Below, piece by piece: positions 23,601-35,904 of a stretch of 64,000 bases of DNA. The position numbers and the translations under genes are program-made. Origin of the DNA: Lama glama (taxonomy: Eukaryota). The stretch is taken from contig CM052821.1 in NCBI GenBank assembly GCA_028534125.1, forward strand, positions 8,618,001-8,682,000, written 5' to 3'. The notes under the pieces were generated by a model, which searched no databases, was not told the origin of the DNA, and saw only the letters and a program-made list of their open reading frames with translations. Within the stretch, counting starts at the first letter, position 1; each line of letters starts with the position of its first letter.

Positions 23601-25186
23601 ATTTATTTCCTCTGTGGCTCTGAATATTCTTCTATGAGCATTGATTAAATAAATCAGTCTTTAACGGAACCAATCAGAAGGCCATCTGTGCTTAGGCAGC
23701 CATGGGTTGGGTCAGGCACCCAAGGGAAGCTGGCCACTGCCCTGTATCCCCTGAAGTCTCAGTCTGATGCTGAGCTCCGGAGTGACTAACCTCAAAGTTT
23801 CCAATTAACTAGAAATTCAAACCTCGAAGGAGGCACAAGGGTTATTTCCAAGACAGTATTTGAAATTTCTCACTTGATGCAATTATTTGAAGTCTAGAAA
23901 AAGCTATTATTAGGTTAGTTGAGAATGAAAAGGGGAGAATAAAAAAGGGATTGAAAAATTAATCTGCTGGAAAAGGGACATTTTCCTCATGACCATGTGG
24001 GGCTGAGAATGCCCTTTAGGAATTCTCACGGACTCTGAGCTATAACACATCATTGAGCTCCAGGTCATTTTTGATTGTAGATACATTTTTTTTTATATAC
24101 AGCAAAGATGTCCTTTATATTGATTAAATGAGAAGAGATAACCCCACCCTCGGAAAATTACTGGGCCTTGATTTTGTAGATTTTCTATAGTCCAAGCATA
24201 TAATGAATTTCTAAATAGTATGTTAAAGAGTTACTAATTCAAGAATACTATGAATTAGTATAAAAATTTCTGCTATGTGTTATTAAAATGCCTAAAGTCA
24301 ACTTTTTTGATTTCTGATCTAAGTTAGATAATGACATTTCTTATCTAGTTAGTTAGATAATGATAACATTATCAAAATTTAATGAAATTTACCTACAACT
24401 AGGAAACGCAGAGGACACGTCTCCATTAATTTAATCAAAGTCATGTATGGTCAGTCAAAATTTATTTACCAAGCACTTCTTTATTTTGTTGTGTGTACTT
24501 GTACTGACCGATGATGGGGCTTCATGCTAAATAACAGATGTTCCTTGTCATCCACTTAAGCCCCTGTAGGTGGAAATAGGCATTATTTTTGCAATTTCAT
24601 CCTTTGAGAGACATCCTTTGAGAGAGATCCAATCTTAACTCATTGCTTGGTATTTGATTGCACGTTAGCAAGTAGATATCTCAGTGTTAGGAAGCAAACA
24701 TTTCTCCTTGTAATAGAGGTCAATCTGGTTTGAGTTTTGTGTTGTTTTGGAAATGTTTCTTGTTGACTGTACTGCCTTGGTAAATATGTCATACAAACAA
24801 GGTAAGAGCCTTTAACCTTTCTGGCATCTTTGGGCTTGATGATGTTTATGAGAGATAGGAGAAATCTTTCCGTATAGTTGCCAAGGAAACAGACGACTGA
24901 GTGATAGCAGTTTCATGTAGACTTACTGGGAGTAGGAAAAAGGGAGGGTTAGGTGAATGAGGTTACTTCTTAATCCTCCAACTAATCCAGAGTGGTTCTA
25001 CTTTAATCACTCCTGGTTTTGTTTTTATGTGCGTCTTTAAAATATAATGCTGTAAGTACATTATGTATCTGCAAACTGGAAATGTACATTGAATGATGTG
25101 AAGTTAAACAGGAAGTAGAAAGTGTAAATGATCAGGTGTAAATTATTAAGTTATAAGATATTAAATACTAAATAGAATGACAAGTT

Positions 25187-25236
25187 AAGAATGTATATGC
25201 TATCCTTAAAAAAAAAAGAATGTATATGCTATCCTT
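25187..25236 (+). mobile_element. Solitary poly(A) insertion with a perfect 21-bp target-site duplication
   Basis: aagaatgtatatgctatcctt - A8 - aagaatgtatatgctatcctt, preceded by TT (TT/AAGA, an L1 endonuclease-type site). Confidence 0.7.
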
Positions 25237-26137
25237 AGAGGAACAACTAAAAAGAGATATGGCTTATTGTCCATTAGAAGAAATAACAAAACAGTAATAT
25301 AATCATGGGTCATGCCATGAAGTAGGAATCAATCCCTGAACCATACTATTTGCTGAATAGGCCCAAGGGCCTCTTTCATTCTTGTCAGGACAAGTGCTAA
25401 CATCTTCCTTCCTACATAGATTATTACAACACAGGATTTTAAATTCAACTTCTGTTAATCCAAATAGATATGCAAATAGACAGTTAAGCTCATACAGTAG
25501 ACAACTGTATGCAGCAATTCTAAAGGTAAGTTCATCTGGAGAACATTTCCTTGCAACTAGATAAACAAAAATTCCAGCATTTCTTATTTTTTCTTTTGCT
25601 TGACACATGGGTGTAAAAAGCAAAAGGCAAGTGTGAAAAGATATTGAAGTCTACCTTAAAGTCCTCATTCTCAAACCCAAAAGCAAGTTATGTGAGCATG
25701 TTCTAGTCAGTCAGTTTGGTTTCAGGGAATAACCCTCACTCAAGTAATGGCAAGTTTGTTGTAATGATACATGTGAACAGGAAAAGACAAACACTGAGTC
25801 TCATGAAAAGCAAAAGGTATTACAAAGCCAGGGCACGGGAAGACCAGAACATACAGTAGAGCTGGATCAGATCATCTTCATTTAGTCATTTCCCCATGAC
25901 AACGACTCACTGCATGAGTGTTTCCCATTAGCACATCCTAGGATTTCCAGTTTAAACTCTAGAGAAAGTGAAAATGTTTGGCTCAGGCTATAATGTATCT
26001 ACTTAATTTGAACAAGGTCCCATCATAGGCTAACGAGTAACCTGTGAGTTAGTTTCTAAGCATTGGCTCAGTTGACTTTTGTACTTTCTGAAACTCATTT
26101 CCACTTAACACTTAAGAATATAATTAATGTAAACGAT

Positions 26138-27211
26138 CTTTTCCTATCATCGTGAAGCAGAAGTCACCAAGCATTGGATTGTTCACCCACTAATAGGGAA
26201 CATGAGCTGGGAGTAGACCCTTGTGTGACAGGTTAGTTTTATTCTACTGATGATGTGCTGTTGCCACGGTAATCCTGCTCAGTAGGAGAGAAACCTCAGG
26301 TTCAGACACTTGGTGTAATGTGCTTGGCTGAGGAGCAAATGAAGCGAAGCACCCTCTATGGGATTATGATTTAATGCCGCTAAGAATCCCGCCCAGGCGG
26401 AAGGATACGGGAACACCAGGTGGAAGGATACGGGAACGCCAGGAAAGACTCAGTTGGCGTCCTCCTCAGGCTGTGAGTACGGGAGTGTTCCACCAGCATG
26501 GGGACCAGAGCCCTTCCGCCTGGAACACGTGGTGGCCAGAAAGCAGCTGCTTCCTCACTCGTCACTCAACACAGGTAGGTGGGTTGTGGGGAATCTGGTG
26601 CTAAACCATTCCTAGACCATCTGCTTCTGGTTCAGAGTTTCCTACCTAGCAGAGCAGCTCCTTCAGTGCCATCTATTGAAAGTCAGCCCTCACAGAAGGG
26701 TTTATCCCTCCCGTTGTCCTTTACTCCTTGGCCCCACCCCCAGTCCCTCCCCAACTCCCCCACGTCCCAAGCAGAACCCAGGGGCTGGCACAAGGTCTGC
26801 CCATCTTCCTTCCTCCTTCCTCTCCTGGCATGCTCCACCGGGATCGGCATCTTCGCCTGCCCACAAGACCCCAGTATGCCAGGCCGGAGCGTTGGCGGGT
26901 CTCCCGTGCACGTCCCCAGACAGCCCGGACAGCCTGGCACTAGTGGGTCCCGGAAGGCACCCGTCCAGTCTAGGCCAAGCCTCAGCCAAGCAGGCGCCGA
27001 CTACCCTGAGAAAGGGGCGAGGAGGGTGCCAGGTGGAACCCTTTTTCAGGGGAGAACTGGAGCAAAGGGTGGTGTCTGCGCTTGTTCCCGATCCAGTTCA
27101 TGCCTGCGTTTTCCTGCCGCCCCTGCGCTGGGGGGATGTGAGGTGGGGGATGGGTGGGCTGGTCAGGCTGATCAGGGCCCTTGGGCTCTTACCGTAAAAA
27201 AAAAAAAAAAA
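26138..27211 (+). pseudogene. Retroposed pre-rRNA fragment: 3' ~570 nt of 28S rRNA, ~490 nt of putative 3'ETS and poly(A)
   Basis: ttcctatcatcgtgaagcagaa..caagcattggattgttcacccactaatagggaac and ctattgaaagtcagccctcacagaagggtttatc are diagnostic of the 28S 3' domain and 3' end (ends ~26706). A GC-rich tract follows to A16 at 27196-27211. Many substitutions, largely CpG decay. Confidence 0.92.
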
Positions 27212-27259
27212 GCCCCCCCCCGAACTTTTTAATGTAACATAAATAAAGTTGATATAGGA

Positions 27260-27860
27260 AGAATGGGTTGCAAGAGGATGGTAGTTTCCCAGGTTTTGGT
27301 AGAGTCCCTGGGACACACTAGCCAAGTTAGGGTCCTTGGCTTCCTGCAGGAAAAAAAATTCAAGGGTGAGCAGTAGTAGAGTTAAGGTAGGTTTATTCAG
27401 AGCTACCTATGCCATAGACAGAGTGCAGGCCTTCTCAGAATGCCAGAGAGGCCACAAGGCATGGGGGTGGTTAATGCAAAAGTAGGTTTACACACTCCAT
27501 AGACAGAGTGTGGGCCATCTCAAACGGCAAGAGAAAGACCATGAGGTTCAAGGCTGTCAGTTTTTAATGGGCTCAGTAAACTTCATATGCTGACAAGTGG
27601 GAGGATTATTCCAACTACTTTGGGAAAGGGGCTGGGATTCCCAGGAATTGGGCCATCACCCACTTTTTGACCTTTTATGGTCAGCCTTGAAACTGTCGTG
27701 GTGCCTGTGGGAGTACCATTTGGCATGCTGTTGTATTTCAATCAGAGTATAATGAAGCTCAAGGTCTACTGGGAGTTGAATCTTCCACTATCTTGGTGCT
27801 CTCTGTTGTGTCATTCTTTGGATGGTTGTACCCTGCCCACTTCCCTTCTGTCTCAAAATC
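27260..27860 (-). mobile_element. ERV LTR, antisense
   Basis: gggtccttggcttcctgcagga..aattcaagggtgagc..ggtaggtttattcagag (AATAAA on the minus strand), with internal tandem ccatagacagagtg repeats. Confidence 0.7.
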
Positions 27861-27999
27861 ACACTAATTATATTGGGCGCCACTTGGAAGAGGTTCATTT
27901 TTTTTTCTGGATTATGAATTATAATGTAGGCAGTCTCAAGATAGGCAGGTCAGATCAGAGTAACTACTTTTATGCAAGGTGATATCTGAACTTTATTTT

Positions 28000-28556
28000 T
28001 TAGGTGGGGAAACTCAGGTCTGGCTGCTCACTGATCTAAAAGCAATACTGGAGAGGCAAATTTAGAAAAGAAAGTTGCTTTTAATCAGAATGCCGGCAGT
28101 CTGGGAAGATGGTGGACTTAGTGTCTGCAAAAAAAAAAAAAAAAAAACCAACTCTGAAGATTCTGCTCAGCTATGAATATTTTTAAAGGGAAAAGGGGAA
28201 CTAACGTCACTTAATCACTGAGATGAGGGGTCAGAGTCGTGCTCATCCCGCATTGTGCACAGGCGTGTCCACTTCTTGTGATCTTTCTTTAGAAGTTGTC
28301 TTGTTGACATAGTTTGCTGCGAGATTACTGAAGGGGAAGCTAGGGAAGAGATTGGTCATCTGTTCATTACTTATTCATTTCTACTTCTTTGATCTATGGA
28401 AAGAACCAACAGGTTAGGCAAGGTACTATGTGATCAAAAGATCTGAAAGGTGTGCTAGGGCTGGAGCTGAGTAGAGCATGGAGGTGCCTGGTTTAAAGTT
28501 AATGACCAAAGGGGCTTCCTGTAAAGAGCTCTTTCCTGTCAAAAGCTGCTTACAAA
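28000..28556 (-). mobile_element. Second ERV LTR, antisense
   Basis: ggaaactcaggtctggctgctc..aagcaatactggagaggc..ttgcttttaatcagaatgccggc, ending in gctgcttaca. Confidence 0.6.
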
Positions 28557-29900
28557 GTGACAAGCTCAGATTTGTATATAAAGGGATCACTCTTGGCTAT
28601 GTGTGGAGGTATAATGCAGGAGGGAAATAACTAGGGTGAATGCAATCTATTCAGAGGATTTTTTTCCCTTGATTAGAGTGGGAATAATGAGGAGTGGATA
28701 GTTTTCAAGAACTATTTAGAAGGTAAAGTTGGAATGATTTGGTGGGAGTTGGTGTGGGAAATGGAGGGAGAAAGAAGAGGAGGGTGACTACTAGATTCCC
28801 AACTTGGGTGAGTTACCAAATAATACAAGGAATTAACTTAAGAGGGATATAATATATTTTAGGCTTGTTGATACAGAGGCATCAATGGAATGTAAAGAGT
28901 GAGATATTCAGTATTCAGATGCATAAAGGGATAAACTCTAAGATGGGCTCTGATCTGGGATGCAGAGTTTGGCTTTAGGCTGGAAATTAAACCACAAGAA
29001 TGGGTATGAGTTCCTGCTGAGAATGATTAGATTTGAGGTGAGCCATGAACAATGAACAGAATCTTAGAGAACCACAACATTAAGGGAGGGACCCCAGAGC
29101 AATTCTAATCACCATAGTCAAATACAGCTGAGAGCTTTGAAATAACAGATGTTGCAAAAGACTATAGGATTTAGCACTTAAGCTATTTTGGTGCTAGAAC
29201 AGCTTGAGGACTTGGGGTCAGGTGAAGAGATTAGGTTTACCAGATTTCCCTTTAGCAGCCAATAACCCCAAACCCTCAATGAATTAAAGCAACAAGCATT
29301 TAATTCTTGCTGATAAATATGGTGTCCATGTTGGCATGACTCTGGTTTGGCTGAGCTCATTTGGGATCAGATACAGTTCTGCTCTACATGGCTCTCATTC
29401 TGGTACCCAGGATGAAGCATCAGTAGCTACCTGGAGTAGGCAGAGGATAAGCATTTAGGAAGCAAATGGAAAGGCACAATGTCTTAAATTTTCCACTAAA
29501 AACTGGCACATTTCTCTTCTCACATTTCATTGGTCAAAGCAATCCATATGGCCAAGTCCAGTTCAGTGGGAGATGGGAAAACATACCCTAATCCTAATAG
29601 TACAGGGAGGGGGATGTCAATATTTGATGGATAGTAAGCCTAACTAAGCATAGTTGGCAAAAATGGGTAAATGGGAAGATTGGATACTCTTTAGGAAGTT
29701 TGAAAAATAGCCATTAATTATTAACAATTAATATGGATAAAGTACTGTTTTAAGTGTTTAATTTATAAGATATAATTCAATCAATACAAGCAATCTACAA
29801 GTAGGTAATAATATCAGTCTATTTTGTAGATTACAAAATCAGGCACAGAAAGGTTCAGCATTATGCTCAAAGTCATTTAACTTAAAATATCAGAGCAAAG
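28557..29900. mobile_element. Ancient repeats: L2 (28557-29230), MLT1/MaLR (29240-29640), MIR (29720-29900)
   Basis: L2: aaagggatcactcttggctatgtgtggagg. MLT1: cacatttcattggtcaaagcaatccatatggccaagtcc. MIR: attttgtagattacaaaatcaggcacagaaaggtt. Confidence 0.6.
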
Positions 29901-30689
29901 GACATGAAGGACCACAAGTTTTGGTTAATGTAGAAGACTGCTTGCTGCCTAATCCCAAAGACAATGGCACGTGCTCAGCTTTCTCCTGCTCTAAATCAGG
30001 GAGCCATGTATTCTTTAAGTGCTTCTTGCGGTTCATCATCAGAATAAGTCTTAGCCTTGATTTCAGTGACTGAAATAATTTTTTAAATAACCTGTGGGCA
30101 CACCACAAAGTTCATCATCTTTGTTTTCCTGGCTATAAATAATACATATAATAATTCTCATTATTGCTATACAGAAAATACCATTGAATGATTACAAGTT
30201 ATATTTTAAAACACAATGAATTTAGACATAAATCATAAGTAGCATGTAAAAATTCTCAGAAAATACAAATTTGTTGTGTCATATAACACGTACTGCATAT
30301 TTCATAAACCCTTGCTAAAATAATGAAAAGGAAATCACTAAAAAAAAATTGACTAAAACCCCTCATTCTCCAATTAAGCTAAATGGAAAAAATAGTGCTG
30401 AAAGGAGGTGAACTTCTGGAGAGGTCTTAATTTTCCCATGTTGCCCAGAAGAAACATTTTCCCTCATGTTCCAACTCTCAAGTATAGAGCAGAAGGGTTC
30501 TTGGTAGCACTCAAGTCACTCAACTGATAATTGCTCTGGGCAAACTGTTAGCACTTTTGTCTATCTGCAAGGCTTCCCACTTAAAGCACAAACCCCTCCA
30601 TGGACCTCAAGTTGATAACTTTTCTCCCTGAGATTCAACACTTTTTGGTGAATTCTTATGTTTTCCAGTGCCTTTCTGTACATTTAATT

Positions 30690-31189
30690 NNNNNNNNNNN
30701 NNNNNNNNNNNNNNNNNNNNNNNNNNNNNNNNNNNNNNNNNNNNNNNNNNNNNNNNNNNNNNNNNNNNNNNNNNNNNNNNNNNNNNNNNNNNNNNNNNNN
30801 NNNNNNNNNNNNNNNNNNNNNNNNNNNNNNNNNNNNNNNNNNNNNNNNNNNNNNNNNNNNNNNNNNNNNNNNNNNNNNNNNNNNNNNNNNNNNNNNNNNN
30901 NNNNNNNNNNNNNNNNNNNNNNNNNNNNNNNNNNNNNNNNNNNNNNNNNNNNNNNNNNNNNNNNNNNNNNNNNNNNNNNNNNNNNNNNNNNNNNNNNNNN
31001 NNNNNNNNNNNNNNNNNNNNNNNNNNNNNNNNNNNNNNNNNNNNNNNNNNNNNNNNNNNNNNNNNNNNNNNNNNNNNNNNNNNNNNNNNNNNNNNNNNNN
31101 NNNNNNNNNNNNNNNNNNNNNNNNNNNNNNNNNNNNNNNNNNNNNNNNNNNNNNNNNNNNNNNNNNNNNNNNNNNNNNNNNNNNNNNNN
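30690..31189. other. Assembly gap of exactly 500 N; other N runs occur near 17.1, 36.2-36.8, 42.4, 54.3, 55.6, 60.1, 62.4 and 63.5 kb, mostly within L1
   Basis: Directly visible N runs. Confidence 0.95.
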
Positions 31190-32044
31190 TGAGAATGGAT
31201 TTATGTCTTATAGGTAACAATGAATTATGTGAAAGTGATGCCTTAAAATCGGCAAACCACCAATCCCTACACAGCAACCAGGTGTTGGACAGCTGAGAGA
31301 TAAGAGACAAAGATGGTTTCAGGATTCACCTGTGATGAGATCAAACCCAATTATTTGTCTAAGGCCTGACCTCTACAAGGAAAAGAACAGTGATGAGCTC
31401 AGCCAGTTGGAGAAAACATAAACCTGAATGAAGACTGTGAGGAACAAAGTTTCTGGAGCCAGAGAGCCTCCATGCAGCCTCTCACACTGAACATCTGGCC
31501 ACCATACTGCACGTTTGGACATTTTATCTGAGTCTTGAGCTCTGCCTCAGTATGTCCATTGTCTCTCTGCAGAACTTTTAGCTTTTTATGCCTGTCTTCT
31601 ATGACCACCCAATTGAACTTCTTCTATCTTTCTACTCTCTAACTCATCTATAACTTTTCTGTCTTGCAGATCCAGGACCCTACATTCTTATCAAATGTAT
31701 GGCTTTTAATGTATTCCCCAGAGTCAATAAAAATAATGACAGATTCATGAAACTAATGATTTTACTAAGGCAAATGTTTCAGAAAGAGAAAAATGAATCA
31801 ATTTGTTCATAACAAAACTTTCTAGATTAAGGTGGTTACTTAATAACTTGCTTTTCCTTTAAAAGAAAATAAAGTGAACTATCCTTCCTGTAATCACTTC
31901 ATGCCATCCTCTCATGCACTTCTAGTTTAGGTTGTGGGATCTCACATCACAAGTAGTCAGGAGTATTCCTGACTACTGTAAACTCACCCCATGTCTTTTT
32001 ATACACAAATTTACTCCAGTTCTTCACCATCCTCTGTTTTTATT

Positions 32045-32986
32045 TCAGCACCTGATATGCTGCAAATACTTTTCTAAAGTTCTTTGCAGAGCTGCCTTCT
32101 TCACCTCCTTGTTTTTCAGGCTGTAAATGAGGGGATTCAGCATAGGAGTGACTACAGTATATTGCACAGAGAAGATCAACTGCATGGGGGAACCCGAATT
32201 TGGCATGAGATGGCGGAGCAAACCTGAGCCAAAGTAAAGCGCCTCTGCAGTGAGGTGGGAGGAGCAGGTGGAGAAGGCCTTGCTTCTGCCTGAGGTAGAG
32301 CTGATGCTCAGGATGGTGGCGATAATGCGGACATAGGATAGGAAGACCAAAAGGAAGGTTCCCAGCCCATGCAGAAGAGTGGAACAGAGCAAAGCAATGA
32401 GGTTCCTGGATATATCAGAGCAGGACAGCGGGAGGAGAGAGGGCATTTCACAGCTGTAGTGAGGGATGATTTTGGCCTCACAGAAGATCATGTTCATTGC
32501 TAGGAAGATATTGATGAGTGCGTCCAGAAAGCCCAGGCCCCAGGAGCCCCACACAAGCTGCATGTACAGCTGTTTATTCATGATCTGTCCATAAAGCAGT
32601 GGGTGGCAGATGGCGGCATAGCGGTCATAGGCCATCACGGAAAGCAGACAGGCTTCAGTCCCCGCAGCAACAAACACAAAGAAGACCTGGGCCAGGCAGC
32701 CCTCCACTGATATCGTTTTCTTTTGAGACAGGAGGTCCTTCAGTAGCTTGGGCACAGTGACTGAAGACAAGCAGATATCAACAAAAGAGAGGTGACTCAG
32801 GAAGAAGTACATGGGCGTGTGGAGGTGGGAGTCAGCCCTGATCACCAGCAGCATCGTCAGATTCCCCATCAGGGTCAGGAGGTAGATCCCCAGGAATAAC
32901 ACAAAGAGCAGAGCCTGGATGTGAGGGTTGGCAGACAGTCCAAGGAGGATGAACTCTGTGACAGTGCTGTGGTTCCCCAAGTCCAT
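32045..32986 (-). CDS. OR8S1: Olfactory receptor 8S1 orthologue, intact, 313 aa
   Basis: Carries motifs I recognise from human OR8S1: QLYMQLVWGSWGLGFLDALIN, EMPSLLPLSCSDISR, GSGLLRHLMPNSGSP and IFSVQYTVVTPMLN. An acceptor tttctag| lies 16 nt before the ATG, and the gene is syntenic with C12orf54. Confidence 0.9.
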   Translation of the reverse strand: MDLGNHSTVTEFILLGLSANPHIQALLFVLFLGIYLLTLMGNLTMLLVIRADSHLHTPMYFFLSHLSFVDICLSSVTVPKLLKDLLSQKKTISVEGCLAQVFFVFVAAGTEACLLSVMAYDRYAAICHPLLYGQIMNKQLYMQLVWGSWGLGFLDALINIFLAMNMIFCEAKIIPHYSCEMPSLLPLSCSDISRNLIALLCSTLLHGLGTFLLVFLSYVRIIATILSISSTSGRSKAFSTCSSHLTAEALYFGSGLLRHLMPNSGSPMQLIFSVQYTVVTPMLNPLIYSLKNKEVKKAALQRTLEKYLQHIRC

Positions 32987-33499
32987 TTACAAAGGCCTTT
33001 CCCTAGAAATAATATAAAAAGTCATGGAAGCCCAAAGGCTGTTTCCCTCAAGGAAGTTTTTCATTGCATCGGTTCTCTTTTCATATCATTATGATTCAGT
33101 AAACATTTTTGCTTCCTATTATGACCTGGGTTTGTATCAGTTACTTCAAACAAAAAGATAATTAGGATATGCTGCCTGCTACTAAAATTGTCTGTTGAAA
33201 AATATGGATATGCAGACTAAATATATAACCAGAATTAATGCAATGGGAGCTCAAACTGTGATTTAGTGAGGGCCAATAGTAACACTACATTGGGTGAATT
33301 TGACATTTTAAAGAAAGTGTATGACTGCTCTTGGAAAATGTTCCTGAGAGATATTTAGTTTGCCTGAACATTTGGTTCGTGTTCAAATGCTCAGGAATGA
33401 GAAAAATCAAGTCATTTTTGGTTAAACATAGGTAGTTCTGAGAAGCTGAAGCCTAGGAAATAAGTGGGCATCAGAGATCTTGGCTAAATAAGTGGGCTC

Positions 33500-33660
33500 C
33501 TATATCAGACTAGGTTCAAATTTCAGCTCCACCTCTAATTAGCTACATGACTTTGTACAAGATGCATAAAGCTGTTTGCTTTGATGTCCTTATGTATAAA
33601 ACACAGATGTAACAGTACCAAGAGGGATTCTAGGATTAAATACGAAATTATGAAGTTCTT
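33500..33660 (+). mobile_element. MIR SINE
   Basis: tcagactaggttcaaatttcagctccacctctaattagctacatgactttgtacaag. Confidence 0.7.
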
Positions 33661-35904
33661 TAAAAGCACCTCTTACTATTATGATTATTTGAGATTGTGA
33701 GTCTAATCAAATGACACCTAAATCCTCACATCAAAGACCAAACCTGTTGCTGTTAATACTGTTGTTGTTGTTATTATTTTGTATGTCTTTACCAGAAGAG
33801 GTGTAAAAAAAATCACACTGAAATCACTACCAGTAGCTGCGCTCCTCTGCTCATGACCACAGTTGCAAGGTAAATTGGAATTTTAGAATGATTTTGAAGT
33901 GGAGCAATTTGCAATTACTGTGGACGCTTTCACTCAGAAAGGACAGCATGTAATTGCCACCAATGGGTATACCTGCCACACCGTGCAGATGACAAGGCAG
34001 AAAACGTGGTTGGGACTCAGTGTAGACCCCTGGGCCCACCTGGAAGAGCATTACTAGGATGAATGTGTTCCCAGGTCAGGTCAGAATTTCCAGGAAAGGA
34101 AGCAAGAGGAATGCTTAAAAGGAATTCATGCCAGGGAAGACTTAAAGCAGCAGCCAGGATAGAGGACTCTGCCCAGTACTACGCTTTCTGGGCCTCACTC
34201 CAAGACAGTACAGCAAACAGGTTTGGAAAGTCACCCTGTAGGACGGTGAAAGTTTGACTCAAGAGCTCTTACCTTCTGCTGGAAGTTCCCACTGCTGCTA
34301 CTCTCTGCCCCTCAGAAGGAAGGCTCCACCCACTGACTTCTGTTCGTGTTCAGAGGCCTGTTTAAACCGGCATATGACATTCAATCCTTTCTCTTCCTGT
34401 TTTGTACAGATATTTAGATGAACTTTCGACTTTCCTCCTGAGACGTTGTCCTTAGTCTCCATATCCCAAATGTCTCCTTCACGGCCAGGTTGTGTTCATG
34501 TCTCTCAGCTCTGTTTCTCAGGCCTGGATGACTACAGGGCTCCATCTGCGGGAACACTGACTATTCACTAGTGATTTCCATCTCTGTCCTCACACCCTCA
34601 AGTTTGACCTTGGGTTACCCACAGGACTCATTATGGTGCCTCAGTCTACTTCCTGGTCCTGTCCATTCCCAGCAAGACCAAAGCTTAGCCAAGGAGAAGT
34701 TCTGATTCTTACTCATTAACCCCTGGCCATGAACCCACCTCAGAATCCTTCCCACACCCCCAAAACAGATTACCTGTACATCCTGTCCAATAAGTCAATC
34801 TGTTCTCCAGCGTGGCTGTAGGACTTTGATCTAGCTCCATCTACTAAGAAGGAAAATGACCTGCAGGAAGTGGCTTCTAAGTCTTATAGCATGAGAGAAT
34901 TTATAAAATCCTATTGATGTTGAAACGCTTTTACTGAATTCTACACTATTAAACTTACATAGCCATAGGGCAGTTTCTTTCTTTCTTTTTTTTTTTTTTT
35001 TGAGAAGTCTCAAATACACCTTATTTTCCTTCTTTCCAGTATCATGTCTCAGCCACACATAGCATTGTCTGGGTTTAACCAGTCCACGGGACGGCTATGA
35101 TTAGGCAGCTGGTTGGTTTGATTCCTTGCCTCTGGCAGTGCCAGGGATGGTGAGGGCAACAGCTTTTATATTACATAGTCACAATCTGAAGTTCCAAGAA
35201 CTGTTTTTAACATTGAATTTTATGAGAACCAATGGGGACCTCTTAGGTGTGGCCTTTGGAACGTTTAGGTGATGCAATGACCTGTGAATATTAATTCAAA
35301 ATTTCTGAGTCTAGTGGGAGTTAAAGGTAGAAAGAGTGGCCAAAGGCATATTTGCCTGACTTCCTAAGCAGGAAAGGAAAAATTTACAGTTGACACTCCA
35401 AGGGTTGCATCTTCTCTCTGGGACTTCTCAGGCAAAATCATCTCCTGTTAACTTTGCTGTGTAAAAGTGATTTGATGATCAAATAAGTAAAAAGACAAGG
35501 CTAATAAGTGCAGTAATTTGCCTAAACTATATACTCCAATCTATTTCTTTATGTGTTTATTTAGTTTCCTACATAGGACTTTGTTATAGTTTGAGTACTC
35601 CCAATTTGGGAGTATTTAGGAACGCACTTATTTGATAAGTTTATTGTAATCTTAAGTACAAATAGACTTACATAAATCAAAATTTCCACTTGTTTATTTA
35701 CAATGAACTATGAGGTTTCATCCAAACTAGACTGTTCTGGCGTAATTTTTCCCCTCACTCTTACTTGTCAATTAAACAAGTAACAAAAGAAACACAATTT
35801 AAGGATGTTTGGAATAATTAAGTCCACTTTTTTAGAATATTTGCTTTTCTTGTGAATCTATATAAATCTTAAAGTATTTTGGTTTTATTATTTAATATGA
35901 TTAA

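Noticed and set aside
26138-26706. Functional 28S rRNA gene
   Set aside because: Only a 3' fragment, heavily substituted, ending in poly(A), with no 18S, 5.8S or ITS.
26374-27232. Overlapping long ORFs (up to 217 aa)
   Set aside because: By-products of GC-rich rDNA-derived sequence; no recognisable protein, and the poly-K comes from the poly(A) tail.
30600-31310. Long X-containing ORFs here and at the other gaps
   Set aside because: Artefacts of translating N runs.
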